64,000 bases of DNA from Candidatus Paceibacter sp. (GCA_020724885.1 DYGD01000002.1:3038-67037), one strand, 5' to 3'; shown: positions 40,536-50,364, counted from the stretch's first letter. Numbers and translations: made by a program. The notes: generated by a model not told the origin, from the letters alone.

Positions 40536-41804
40536 TTAGAGCTTGAAGATTTTCTGGAGAGAGTTTTTGTTAATATCCTGACCGATAACAGCCAGATTGA
40601 GTTTATGATTTTGAAAAATTTCTTTGGCGATTTTTTGGATGTCGCGAGCAGAAACTTTTTTTATTTCTTTCGCCATATCTTGCGGTGTTTCAAGCGAATG
40701 TTTCAAGACCTCTTGATAACCGAAAAACTCGGCCGTAGCGTCTGACGTCTCAAGACCTAAAAATAAATTGCCAATCAAATAATCTTTGGCTTTTTGCAAT
40801 TCGTTGGCCGGCACTACTTCATTTTCCAGCCGGCGAAATTCCTCTAAAATCGCATTTACAACCTCCTCAACTCTTTTTTTATCAACCCCGCAAGCCACAC
40901 CCAAATAACCGTGGTCGGTGTATTCGTCGGTAAATGACTTAACATAATAGCCAACCCCCATTTCTTCGCGAAGTTTCTGGAACAATCGACTGCTCATTCC
41001 ACTACCTAAAATAGTATTCAAGACCTTAAGCGCCGGAATTTTAGGGCTCTTTATCGGGTATGCTCTGGCACCTAAAATCAAATGGGTTTGGTCGGTCTGC
41101 TTTTGTTTGATTAAAATTTGCGGACTCCCCTGCTTTTCAACTACCTTCGGTTTGCTCTGGCGGTTTCGGTGAGACAAGTCGGCAAAAGCTCTTTTGGCTT
41201 CACGCTCCACCTCTTTTTGGTCAAAATTTCCGGCGACAATCAAAGTGGTGGTGTTGGCCAGATAATGCTTTTTCCGATAATTCACAAAATCCTCCCGCTT
41301 CATACTCCTCACGGTTTCTCTGGTGCCGGCAATGTTCCAACCGGCCGGCTGGTCGCCATAAAGAAGTGACATAAACAAATCGTAAATGTGCCTTTGCGGC
41401 GTATCTTCATACATATTTATTTCTTCAACAATCACACCCTTCTCTTTCTCCATTTCTTCTGTCGGAAAAGTCGGGTTTAGATACAAGTCGGAAATTATGT
41501 CTATGAGTTTGCGAAGGTGTTTCGGATGGGCTTTGGCGTAGTAGCCGGTAAATTCTTGAGCTGTAAAAGCATTATATTGCGAACCGATAGAATCCAGCTC
41601 TCGGCTAATATCTATGGCCTTTGGTCTTTTAATTGTGCCTTTAAAACACATATGCTCCAAAAAGTGCGACAAGCCACTTATTTTTTTGTTCTCATATTTT
41701 GAGCCGGCCTCAACCATTATCAAAACCGTCACCGCCGGATTATCCTTATGCGGCACGGTGATAAGGCGCAGGCCGTTTGGCAGAATTTGTTTTTTGTAGC
41801 GCAT
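40536..41804 (-). CDS. M16 family zinc peptidase
   Basis: HFLEH (HxxEH), NAFT and GSGMSSRLF motifs. Confidence 0.93.
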   Translation of the reverse strand: MRYKKQILPNGLRLITVPHKDNPAVTVLIMVEAGSKYENKKISGLSHFLEHMCFKGTIKRPKAIDISRELDSIGSQYNAFTAQEFTGYYAKAHPKHLRKLIDIISDLYLNPTFPTEEMEKEKGVIVEEINMYEDTPQRHIYDLFMSLLYGDQPAGWNIAGTRETVRSMKREDFVNYRKKHYLANTTTLIVAGNFDQKEVEREAKRAFADLSHRNRQSKPKVVEKQGSPQILIKQKQTDQTHLILGARAYPIKSPKIPALKVLNTILGSGMSSRLFQKLREEMGVGYYVKSFTDEYTDHGYLGVACGVDKKRVEEVVNAILEEFRRLENEVVPANELQKAKDYLIGNLFLGLETSDATAEFFGYQEVLKHSLETPQDMAKEIKKVSARDIQKIAKEIFQNHKLNLAVIGQDINKNSLQKIFKL

Positions 41805-41815
41805 CAGGTAAAAGA

Positions 41816-43042
41816 TTAACCTAATTTCGTAAATTGCAAAATTTCCCCGCTCAATACCCTTTCTTGCTCGCCGGTATCACGATCACGAATTGTTACCGTG
41901 TCGTCCTCAAGTGTTTGAAAATCAATCGTGACGCAAAAAGGCGTGCCGATTTCATCTTGCCTTCGATAACGTTTGCCGATATTGCCGTTGTCGTCAAAAA
42001 TATCTGTTAGCTTTGAGCTGTTAGCTTTTAGTTTCTGGTAAATTCCCCTGGCTTTTTCCACCAACTGCGGCTTGTTGCGTAAAAGCGGAAAAACAGCGAT
42101 TTGCACCGGCGCGATTTCCGGCTTTAGACGCAAAACTATCCTCTTTTCACCGTTCATTTCATCTTCATCATAAGCTGACACTAGCAGAGCCAAAACCAGT
42201 CGATCTAGACCGAAAGACGGCTCAATGCAATGAGGCACAAATTTTTCTTTGGTTTCTTCGTCAAAATAGCTTAAATCAGCAGAACTGGCTTCCATATGGC
42301 TTTTTAAATCAAAGTCGGTCCGGTAAGCCAAACCGCAAAGCTCTTTCCGGCCGAATGGAAAATCAAATTCAAAGTCAATTGTTCGTTTGGAATAATGGGC
42401 GCGTTCTTTATCAGGCACTTCAAGTTCGTGGAGTCGCGCCGGATCAACACCGATGTTTTCAATCCACCCCTTCATTTCTTTCCGCCACTCTTCAAAAAAT
42501 TCTTGCCAGTTTTTTTCTTTAATGAAATATTCAATCTCCATTTGTTCAAATTCTCTAGTCCGAAAGATAAAATCCCGAGGTGAAATTTCGTTTCGGAAGG
42601 CCTTGCCGATTTGGGCGATACCAAAAGGTAGAGCGGGGCTGAAGGCATCTAAATAATTTTTAAAATTAGCGAAGATTCCTTGCGCGGTTTCCGGCCGGAG
42701 ATAAGAAGTCACAGCATCTTCGCCGGCGCCAACCGAGGTCTGAAACATAGTGTTGAACCTGCCCCCGTCTTGCGTCGGATCGGAAAATCCAGACACATGG
42801 CCTGATGTCTCCCAAACCTTTGGATTCAAAATAATCGCGGAATCAATCCCAAACAAATCTTCCCGACCTCTGACAAATTTCTGCCACCAAAGATTCTTAA
42901 TATTCTGCTTCAACATCAAACCGTAATGCCCGTAGTCCCAAAACCCCGCGAAACCACCGTAAATTTCAGAACCGGGAAAAACAAATCCGCGACGTTTACA
43001 GAGAGAAACAATTTTTTGCATCAAGTCCGTTTTATCCTCCAT
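41816..43042 (-). CDS. glyQS: Glycine--tRNA ligase (homodimeric class IIa type)
   Basis: CKRRGF, LRPETAQG, FRNEISPR, EPSFGLDR and GKRYRRQDEIGTPF motifs. Confidence 0.95.
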   Translation of the reverse strand: MEDKTDLMQKIVSLCKRRGFVFPGSEIYGGFAGFWDYGHYGLMLKQNIKNLWWQKFVRGREDLFGIDSAIILNPKVWETSGHVSGFSDPTQDGGRFNTMFQTSVGAGEDAVTSYLRPETAQGIFANFKNYLDAFSPALPFGIAQIGKAFRNEISPRDFIFRTREFEQMEIEYFIKEKNWQEFFEEWRKEMKGWIENIGVDPARLHELEVPDKERAHYSKRTIDFEFDFPFGRKELCGLAYRTDFDLKSHMEASSADLSYFDEETKEKFVPHCIEPSFGLDRLVLALLVSAYDEDEMNGEKRIVLRLKPEIAPVQIAVFPLLRNKPQLVEKARGIYQKLKANSSKLTDIFDDNGNIGKRYRRQDEIGTPFCVTIDFQTLEDDTVTIRDRDTGEQERVLSGEILQFTKLG

Positions 43043-43053
43043 TTTTTTTTGAT

Positions 43054-45018
43054 TTAGGGCGACTCTACCCGACCCATTTGAAATGAATAAATGGGATCGG
43101 TATTAATCCTGATAGTTGCTGGCGGTTTTCGGTCTGAGACCTCGCTCCCAGTAAAAATATCGCGCCCAACTGAAAAAACTTCACCAACCAATTCCGGCTC
43201 TTTATTAACCTGGCTTAAGCTTGGAGAAAATCTCAATTGAAAAGCCACTTCCAAAGGCGCGTTCACAACGCCTTGGCCGGCCGGCAACCGATTTACACTC
43301 CACTTAATAATACGGGTTTCGGGATCAAATTTCAAATCTGCCGAAGACGGACTGAATCTACCCAACCATTCCACATACACAGGCAAAACAGCGCTGGCTT
43401 CAAAACCCTCAACATCGTTTATATTATTCACCGCCGACCAAATAATAGTATAAGTAGTTGTTCTTTCGGCCACTGGAGGTAGCGGACCGGAATTAACAAA
43501 TGGCCCTATGGAATAAACTGCGCGCGAGCCAACTGACATATTTGTCTCAATTTTTATCGGTCTCGTGGAAGAAATCGTGACTTCTTCCGGCGGACGACCT
43601 TCCAGGAGCCGTGTCCCGACAATTACGGCTTCAAGATCAACGCGAGAATTTCTTAAATTTTCCCAATCTCGAGCGGTAAAATTATTGATCTTGAAAGAAA
43701 AATCAAAAACACCCCCCTGGCCGGCGCGAACCTTTAGGAGCTCAGAAAAAGTGTTCTTGTCCCAAACCACGGAATTATCCTGCGAGCGATAAAATCCTCT
43801 GCGATCCGGCAACACAGACGCCCTGTCCCAACCGTTGCCGTCGAAAGATAGAACGACAGAAACATCATTCAGGTCGTCTGGTAGATTGTTGCGCCAATTA
43901 ACCTGACCGCGAATAGTGTTACCGAGCTTGCTTACATATTCGCCAGATCCGGAGCCATCAATTGTCAAAGATAAATCAGCCGCGGGTTGCCTCACGAAGA
44001 TTGACTCGTTTTGAGAAACAAGCTCTGTACCAATCAACCGCTCATCGTTTTGATTTTGTATTCCAACTGAATACCTGAAATTTTTTTCTTCTCCTTCTCG
44101 ACCGACAATAATGCCGTTTATCAAGATCTCTTTCCTCTGACGCGGTTCTAAATCACCCAAAAACCAGATCCTGTTATCAAAAGTAGGGGCTGGATTGGAA
44201 CTGCTGAAAGAAAAATCATCTGGATATTCGGCGACCAACATCGCATTTTTTAAAGCAAAATTAGAGTTTGAAACAATTGTGACGCTTGTCCCGATATTTT
44301 GTCCAGACCGCGCCTCCGGCAAAGCGGAGATAAAGACCGAAACTGGGGAAGAACGGAGTTCAACTTTATAAATTTTTTCTTTCGTAAAAACACTGCGTCC
44401 TTCACCTGTCCGATATTGAACCGTAATCTTAATTTCCTTGACACTCTGAGCGGAACCGAAAAGAACCGCCTCAAAAACTTTTGAAAATCTGCCTGTTTTC
44501 GGGGCCAAAATCCCAATATCATCTTCTTGCCGTAAAATTGGTCTTTGGAGATCTTCGGGGTCGCGAGTTTCTTCCGGATATTCCAAAATCAAAACCACAT
44601 CCTCCAAAGGTATCCTATTTCTATTCAAAACCGAGACATCCAGAGAGATTCGCTCGCCGGCTTCTACTGAAGTCACCCCTCTGACCTCAATAGAAATCTT
44701 GTCAGGACTAACACGATTAAAACCAAGAAAGACCGAGAGCATTGCAACTGCTGTAGCCAAAAACGCAAAAACTACCGAAGAGATAAGTGTCCTCTTCAAA
44801 ATCGACGGGGAAATCCTTAATTTTTTCTTTTGTTTTTTAGGTTCTGTGGGCGTCCAAGTTTTTTGGGCCTGAGGTTCATTTTTCCGCAAACCATGCTTAA
44901 ATTGCCTCAAAACCGGCGGGCGGCCCTGGGCGTAAAGTTCTCGTTCCAACCGATTTATAGCATCTGGCTTGTCGTCCTGTTCAGAGTTGCCATTTTGGTT
45001 TTTTCTTTCTTCATCCAT
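43054..45018 (-). CDS. Membrane-anchored multi-Ig-domain hypothetical protein
   Basis: Single TM helix followed by beta-rich repeats; GPLPP...TTYTIIW motif. Confidence 0.8.
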   Translation of the reverse strand: MDEERKNQNGNSEQDDKPDAINRLERELYAQGRPPVLRQFKHGLRKNEPQAQKTWTPTEPKKQKKKLRISPSILKRTLISSVVFAFLATAVAMLSVFLGFNRVSPDKISIEVRGVTSVEAGERISLDVSVLNRNRIPLEDVVLILEYPEETRDPEDLQRPILRQEDDIGILAPKTGRFSKVFEAVLFGSAQSVKEIKITVQYRTGEGRSVFTKEKIYKVELRSSPVSVFISALPEARSGQNIGTSVTIVSNSNFALKNAMLVAEYPDDFSFSSSNPAPTFDNRIWFLGDLEPRQRKEILINGIIVGREGEEKNFRYSVGIQNQNDERLIGTELVSQNESIFVRQPAADLSLTIDGSGSGEYVSKLGNTIRGQVNWRNNLPDDLNDVSVVLSFDGNGWDRASVLPDRRGFYRSQDNSVVWDKNTFSELLKVRAGQGGVFDFSFKINNFTARDWENLRNSRVDLEAVIVGTRLLEGRPPEEVTISSTRPIKIETNMSVGSRAVYSIGPFVNSGPLPPVAERTTTYTIIWSAVNNINDVEGFEASAVLPVYVEWLGRFSPSSADLKFDPETRIIKWSVNRLPAGQGVVNAPLEVAFQLRFSPSLSQVNKEPELVGEVFSVGRDIFTGSEVSDRKPPATIRINTDPIYSFQMGRVESP

Positions 45019-45041
45019 ACAAAGAAAATTTTATCATAAAA

Positions 45042-45638
45042 CTAAATCAACTGACTGGCTCGAAGTGATTGGTTTATTTCCTTAATTGCTGCCCGGCGCC
45101 AGGAACTAAAAACATCCAAGTCGCCAGGAGAAATCTTCCGCCCGGACAAAAGACCGCGCCAAGGACCGCCTTCCCCAAGATATCCGAGAGAATCCAGCAA
45201 TTTCAACACAGCTATGCATTCAAAGTTCCTTAGATTATCACCCGTCAATTCATTCTCCAAAAGAAAATGAATATCATTACGAATCACATCAAACAAAAGC
45301 GGGTTTGACTGATCTGCCGGCAATAATTTCAAAAGCAGAGCTGAAAATCTTGAAACAAATAAAACCTTTTCCTTCGATTGCCAGCTAAGTAAAAAATACA
45401 AATTAAAAAAAGTGAAAGCATCGGTAATTTTCCAACCATTCTTGCCTTTAATAAAGGTAAATCTACCGACAGAATAGTCGGTTAAAGCCGGTTTAAGTTT
45501 TGAGTGTGGGGCCCGGGCACTTTGCGCCCGGGCATAAATCAATCCCAACTCGCGAGTAAAAATTTTATATATTTTACTGGCTTCGCCGGAATTAAAATTT
45601 GCCAAAACAAAGCCAGAAGTATGATATTTGTGATACAT
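45042..45638 (-). CDS. recO: DNA repair protein RecO (short CPR form)
   Basis: GFVL...GEASKIYKIFTRELGLI.ARAQSAR...SKL N-terminal OB fold. Confidence 0.85.
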   Translation of the reverse strand: MYHKYHTSGFVLANFNSGEASKIYKIFTRELGLIYARAQSARAPHSKLKPALTDYSVGRFTFIKGKNGWKITDAFTFFNLYFLLSWQSKEKVLFVSRFSALLLKLLPADQSNPLLFDVIRNDIHFLLENELTGDNLRNFECIAVLKLLDSLGYLGEGGPWRGLLSGRKISPGDLDVFSSWRRAAIKEINQSLRASQLI

Positions 45639-48600
45639 TTATAACTCGTCCAACTTAATGCCGCTTTCAGCGAACTTAATTTTAACTTTAGTCTGTCTGT
45701 AAATTTCTTTCTCCGAACCGCTTATAAAATTTTCCAAACCACGGTCAAAGACAAATTCAACTTCTTCGTTCGGTTTTAGATTTTTTTTCTTTCTTAAATC
45801 TTGAATCTGGCGAATAAGATCTCTTAGGAGTCCTTTCTTTTTCAATTCAGGAGTGATATTGGTATCAAGCATAACATCATTTTCTTGGCTTGAATCAAAA
45901 ACAATAATTTCAACATTAACCTCATCCTTAATGATTTTTAATAAATCCTCTAAGTATTTTAAATTTTCGTCTTTTAAGATCAGCTTTCCTAAAGGTTGGC
46001 GCACTTTTACACCTGCTCTAGCTCTGGCCTCAAGCGCCTTAGAAGTAATTTGTCTTACAATTTTCATGTCTTCAATTATCTTTTGATCAACCTCGCCCGC
46101 TACTGGCCAGTTTTCCAAATGGACACTTTCTTTTTTGCCTACAAAGTTCAGCTCCTGATAAATCCGCTCGGCTAAAAACGGCGTAAACGGGGCCATGAGT
46201 TTTGAAAGCTCAAGCAAAACAAAGCTCAATGTCTCCACCGCCTCTCTTCGGCTGTCTTCTGCTCTAAATCTGTCTCGCGAGCGGCGAACATACCAAGTTG
46301 AAAAATCGTCAACAAAATCAGCTATCGGACGCGTCGCTCTATCAAGCTCGTAATTTTCCAAAGATTTTGTAATTTCTTTGATCAGCTGATTGAGCCGCGC
46401 GAGAACCCATCCATCCAAAACATTTTTAGAATTTGTAGCGACACTGGCTGCCAACCCCTGATTTTCATACAACTTGTAAAACTGCAAGACATTTCCGAGA
46501 CGCAAAAGAACCTTTTGCATTGTTTCTTGCACTCCTTTTTCCGAAAAATTTAAGTCCTGGCCACGGACGACCGGCGAAGACAGGAGGTACAGACGTAGCG
46601 CATCGGCGCTATATTTGTTTGCAACCTCCAAAGGGTCTGGGTAATTCTTCAGCCGCTTGGACATTTTTTGCCCGTCTTCCGCCAAAATTGTTCCGTTAAC
46701 CACAACCGTTTTATAGGAACTTTTGCCGAAAAGTAAAGTGCCTAAAACAAGCATTGAATAAAACCAACCGCGGGTTTGGTCAAGGCCTTCGGCGATAAAA
46801 TCGGCCGGATAACCTTTAGACCTTCGCAAAAATCCGGACTTAGGATTAAATTCAATAAGATTTTCAAAAGGATAATGTTTTTGGGCGTAAGGCATTGAAC
46901 CGGATTCAAACCAGCAATCAAAAACTTCCGGCACCCTCTTCATCTTGCTACCGCACCTGCAAGACAACTTTATTTCATCAATAAACGGCCGGTGCAATTC
47001 AAGCTCAAAATTTTCATTTCTGGGCAAAGGAGAATATTCTATTTCTTTAAACTGGCCGGTCGTAACATAATCTTCATACTTGTCTTTAACTCTGGCCGAA
47101 GTTTTGCTGTCCCAACCCAAGGCGCCCGCTTCCATCATCCAAATCGGATATTCATGACTGACAACTAAAATAGTTTTATTTTTAAACCGTTTTTCCAAAT
47201 CGGTAAGAAAATTGCAAACTCTGATTTTAACATCTAGCAAATTTTCACCGTCGGGCGGTCTTTTGGAAAACTTTTCCAAAGTAGAAGAAAAATGTTTTCT
47301 GTATTCTTCAATCGGACGAAGATTAAATTCACCGGAATTTATTTCTCTGATTCTCTCGTCAAAAATTATTTTTTCTTTTGGAAATCCTGTTTCGGAAGCG
47401 ATAATTTCGGCCGTTTCCCTAGTTCTGGCAAAGTCAGAAGAAAAAATGGTGTCTATTTTCTTGCCTCTAAGTTTGGCGGCAACGGTTTGCGCTTCTTGCC
47501 TGCCCTTCTCGGTCAGATTATGCGGATTCTCCGGTCGGCCGCTAACAATGTTTTTAGCATTGCTTTCAGCCTCGCCGTGGCGAATCAAAATATAGCGATT
47601 ACCACTTTTTTCACAATTTGCTGAAAGCTCGCCCACCGAACCAACAAATTTTTTTTCCTCGCATTTTTCGCATTCCCAAACTGGAATCGGCGCGCCCCAA
47701 AAACGACTGCGAGAAATTGACCAATCTTTGGCCTCCGAAAGCCAATTGCCGAAGCGATATTTGCCGACCTCTTCCGGCACCCACCTGATTTTTTTATTTT
47801 CCGAAACCAGCTTTTCGCGATGTTTTGAGACCTCAACAAACCACGAGTTTGAGCCGTAGTTCAAAAGTGGCGTGTCGCAACGCCAGCAGTGAGGATAAGA
47901 ATGCGAAACTTTTCTCTTTGAGAATAAGAGTCCTTTATGCGCTAGATGTTTTATAATTTCAATGTCGGTTTTTTGATTGTCCTCTTTCGGCTTCGCGCTC
48001 ATTCCGGAAAATTCCTCAATCTCCGACTTAAATTTGCCACTAATATCCACATGCTGAACGAATGGTAAATTTTCTCTGCGTTGCAATTCATAATCTTCCG
48101 AGCCGAAAGCCGGCGCGACGTGAACAATGCCCGTCCCCTCTTCAAGAGAAACGAAATCGGCACTGTAAACCTTCCAGCCGTTTTCTCGGCTTTTTAGTTT
48201 TTTGTCACTTGAGTAATAATCAAAAAGTGGCTCGTATTCAAGACCAATTAATTTCTTGCCTTTGAATTCTTCAACAATTTCAAATCTTTTATCAGCAAAA
48301 ATTTCCTCCGCCCGATTTTTGGCAACAACATACTCTCCGTCTTCAAGTTTTGCTTTGACATAATCAATGTCAGAATTAACCGCTAAAGCGACATTCCCCG
48401 GCAATGTCCACGGTGTTGTCGTCCAAGCTAGCAAGTAAGTTTTGCCGTGTTTTGGAATTTCGAATTTGGAATTTATTTGTGATTTGGCGCTTGTGATTTG
48501 GAATTTAGCAACAACTGATATATCAGTCACGTCGCGATATCCTTGTGCAACTTCAAAGTTGGAAAGAGTGGTTTCGCAACGCGGACAAAGGTGCATTGAC

Positions 48601-49157
48601 TTAAATCCCTCATACACCACACCTTTTTGAAAAAGGGTTTTGAAAGCCCACCAGACCGACTCGGTGTAGGTCCAGTCCATTGTCCGGTAGTCGTTTTCCA
48701 TATCCACCCACCGGCCGAAGCGCGGAATTTGTTTGCGCCACTCATCGGCATAACGCAAAACGCTTTCGCTAGCAATTTGATTAAATTTGTCCAATCCGTA
48801 GTCAATTATTTCTTTTTTTGACTTCAGATTTAGCTCGCCTTCAACCAAGTTTTCAACCGGTAGGCCATGGCAATCCCAGCCCCACCGTCTCGGCACATAG
48901 TAACCTTGCATAGTTTTGAAACGAGGAATAACATCTTTTATCGTTCCGGCCAAAATATGGCCGTAGTGCGGCAAGCCGGTCGCAAAAGGCGGTCCGTCAT
49001 AAAATATAAACTCCTTGCCCGCAGAAGCTATGGCTTTGGCGGGACCTATTGGAGATGTCTTCTGCAGAGTTTTTTCAAAAATTTTATTTTCCCGCCAAAA
49101 TTGTAGAATTTCTTCCTCATTTTCCGAAAGCGGGTTTTTCTTAGTTTCTTCGGGCAT
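45639..49157 (-). CDS. ileS: Isoleucine--tRNA ligase (type 2) with inserted histidine-phosphatase domain
   Basis: DGPPFATGLPHYGH, GWDCHGLP, WTTTPWT, EGLDQTRGWFY and KMSKR; internal LIRHGE...SSDFARTRET...VSHE. Confidence 0.95.
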   Translation of the reverse strand: MPEETKKNPLSENEEEILQFWRENKIFEKTLQKTSPIGPAKAIASAGKEFIFYDGPPFATGLPHYGHILAGTIKDVIPRFKTMQGYYVPRRWGWDCHGLPVENLVEGELNLKSKKEIIDYGLDKFNQIASESVLRYADEWRKQIPRFGRWVDMENDYRTMDWTYTESVWWAFKTLFQKGVVYEGFKSMHLCPRCETTLSNFEVAQGYRDVTDISVVAKFQITSAKSQINSKFEIPKHGKTYLLAWTTTPWTLPGNVALAVNSDIDYVKAKLEDGEYVVAKNRAEEIFADKRFEIVEEFKGKKLIGLEYEPLFDYYSSDKKLKSRENGWKVYSADFVSLEEGTGIVHVAPAFGSEDYELQRRENLPFVQHVDISGKFKSEIEEFSGMSAKPKEDNQKTDIEIIKHLAHKGLLFSKRKVSHSYPHCWRCDTPLLNYGSNSWFVEVSKHREKLVSENKKIRWVPEEVGKYRFGNWLSEAKDWSISRSRFWGAPIPVWECEKCEEKKFVGSVGELSANCEKSGNRYILIRHGEAESNAKNIVSGRPENPHNLTEKGRQEAQTVAAKLRGKKIDTIFSSDFARTRETAEIIASETGFPKEKIIFDERIREINSGEFNLRPIEEYRKHFSSTLEKFSKRPPDGENLLDVKIRVCNFLTDLEKRFKNKTILVVSHEYPIWMMEAGALGWDSKTSARVKDKYEDYVTTGQFKEIEYSPLPRNENFELELHRPFIDEIKLSCRCGSKMKRVPEVFDCWFESGSMPYAQKHYPFENLIEFNPKSGFLRRSKGYPADFIAEGLDQTRGWFYSMLVLGTLLFGKSSYKTVVVNGTILAEDGQKMSKRLKNYPDPLEVANKYSADALRLYLLSSPVVRGQDLNFSEKGVQETMQKVLLRLGNVLQFYKLYENQGLAASVATNSKNVLDGWVLARLNQLIKEITKSLENYELDRATRPIADFVDDFSTWYVRRSRDRFRAEDSRREAVETLSFVLLELSKLMAPFTPFLAERIYQELNFVGKKESVHLENWPVAGEVDQKIIEDMKIVRQITSKALEARARAGVKVRQPLGKLILKDENLKYLEDLLKIIKDEVNVEIIVFDSSQENDVMLDTNITPELKKKGLLRDLIRQIQDLRKKKNLKPNEEVEFVFDRGLENFISGSEKEIYRQTKVKIKFAESGIKLDEL

Positions 49158-49233
49158 AAAAACAATTTTATCACTTTTGTAATGACTTACAAAAACAAAA
49201 CTCCCCCGCGCAAGCAGGAGAGAAAGAAGAGAT

Positions 49234-49349
49234 TTGCGAGGAGAGCGGGGTTGTTCCGGTTCCAGTCGTTGTCGAGCCAGTTCCAGTTGACCTTGACGCG
49301 GTTGCCGTTCCAGATGAGGTAGGCAACCTTGCGATTGCCGCCGGACTCC
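49234..49349 (-). repeat. DGR template repeat (TR)
   Basis: 116 nt, ungapped match to 49715-49830; all 19 mismatches are at TR adenines on the minus strand; AAC-rich (ESGGNRKVAYLIWNGNRVKVNWNWLDNDWNRNNPALLA). Confidence 0.97.
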
Positions 49350-49590
49350 TGTTGTGTGTGAAGCGCCGTCCGTGCCACCACCCAGCGTGAATGATTTTTA
49401 TCAATCTTCTGGATTGAATCTTATGCCGCATCTCAAATGCGAGAGCGCTTCAAACCAAGTTCCTTCATTTTTTGAAGTTACCCGCATACCACTCTCCCTG
49501 AAGCCTTGACCACAGGAACTCTCGATATACGGATACTGGTTTCGGTAGCCGGAAGCCGTAACCGCCGGTAACTATTCACCTAATACCGCT
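49350..49590 (-). ncRNA. Putative structured 5' leader of the TR RNA
   Basis: No plausible ORF; extended -10-like TGATATAAA at ~49603-49595; stems AGTTACCGGC/GCGGGTAACT, CGCAT/ATGCG and TCAATC/GATTGA. Confidence 0.45.
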
Positions 49591-49623
49591 TTTATTTATA
49601 TCAAATTTTTTGAGGTACGAAAA

Positions 49624-49646
49624 TGCCGCGCACTGCGTGCGCGGCA
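49624..49646 (-). promoter_or_regulatory. DGR target-recognition hairpin downstream of the VR
   Basis: Perfect 10-bp GC-rich stem TGCCGCGCAC/GTGCGCGGCA with a 3-nt loop (GCA on the coding strand), ~70 nt past the VR. Confidence 0.75.
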
Positions 49647-49697
49647 CAAGATCCAATGGCCAAAGTGCCAAAGCACAGAAACCAAAGGATCAAGAGT

Positions 49698-50210
49698 TCA
49701 AAAATCAAAGGAACTTGCGAGGAGAGCGGGGCAGTCCCGGCGCCAGTCGTCGCCGAGCCAGCGCCAGAGGACCAAGACGCGGTCGCCGTACCAGACGAGG
49801 TAGGCAACCCTGCGACGGCCGCCGGACTCCCGGACAGAACCCCACAGGGAAACCACCTTGTCTTTGAACTCGTCCGGGTAAGTCGTCGGATTGTCGAGCC
49901 AGCCCTTGACCTCCGGGCTCTCCAATGAGCTAGCGCGCTTGATCATACCGGTCTGATCAAGATGTCTAAAGAGTTCAAATCCATCAATCACCCCTCCGCC
50001 TTCTTGTGTTGGATGGAAGTAGAGTTCGTAATCAGGAGGCATCAGCGCCTCGCGAAGCGTTCTGGTGAGAGAACCCTGATTTGTGATCCATCCCTGGGCC
50101 ACATCAGGATCCATGTCTCGAGGCAGACCCCGCGCAACCGCAGACATCAGTTCAGAGAACTGATCAATTCCCATCAGTCCTCCCCGTCCTTCTTTCTTTT
50201 TCCTACCCAT
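49698..50210 (-). CDS. DGR variable (target) protein
   Basis: VR occupies the C-terminal ~40 codons; AAGGAG precedes the ATG at 50210; promoter TTGACA-18-TATACT at 50316-50287. Confidence 0.92.
   Translation of the reverse strand: MGRKKKEGRGGLMGIDQFSELMSAVARGLPRDMDPDVAQGWITNQGSLTRTLREALMPPDYELYFHPTQEGGGVIDGFELFRHLDQTGMIKRASSLESPEVKGWLDNPTTYPDEFKDKVVSLWGSVRESGGRRRVAYLVWYGDRVLVLWRWLGDDWRRDCPALLASSFDF
49715..49830 (-). repeat. DGR variable repeat (VR)
   Basis: Adenine-specific divergence from the TR; ends 14 nt before the stop codon. Confidence 0.97.
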
Positions 50211-50329
50211 TCCGAATTCTCCTTTCTGGCTTACCTCTGATTCGGCCACAAGCCAAACTTAAGGCATACCATTTTTTCCGAGCTGGAGTATAACATAAAG
50301 TATCCCAAAATGTCAAATAGAAAAGTTCT

Positions 50330-50364
50330 ATAAAATGTGCAACACCAGGTGTTGCACATTTTAT
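50330..50364. repeat. 35-bp palindrome
   Basis: ATAAAATGTGCAACACC-A-GGTGTTGCACATTTTAT. Confidence 0.85.

Noticed and set aside
49171-49431. ORFs overlapping the TR (86 aa and 64 aa)
   Set aside because: They are the open frames expected of an AAC-rich TR. They lack good starts and do not resemble Avd or a second target gene.
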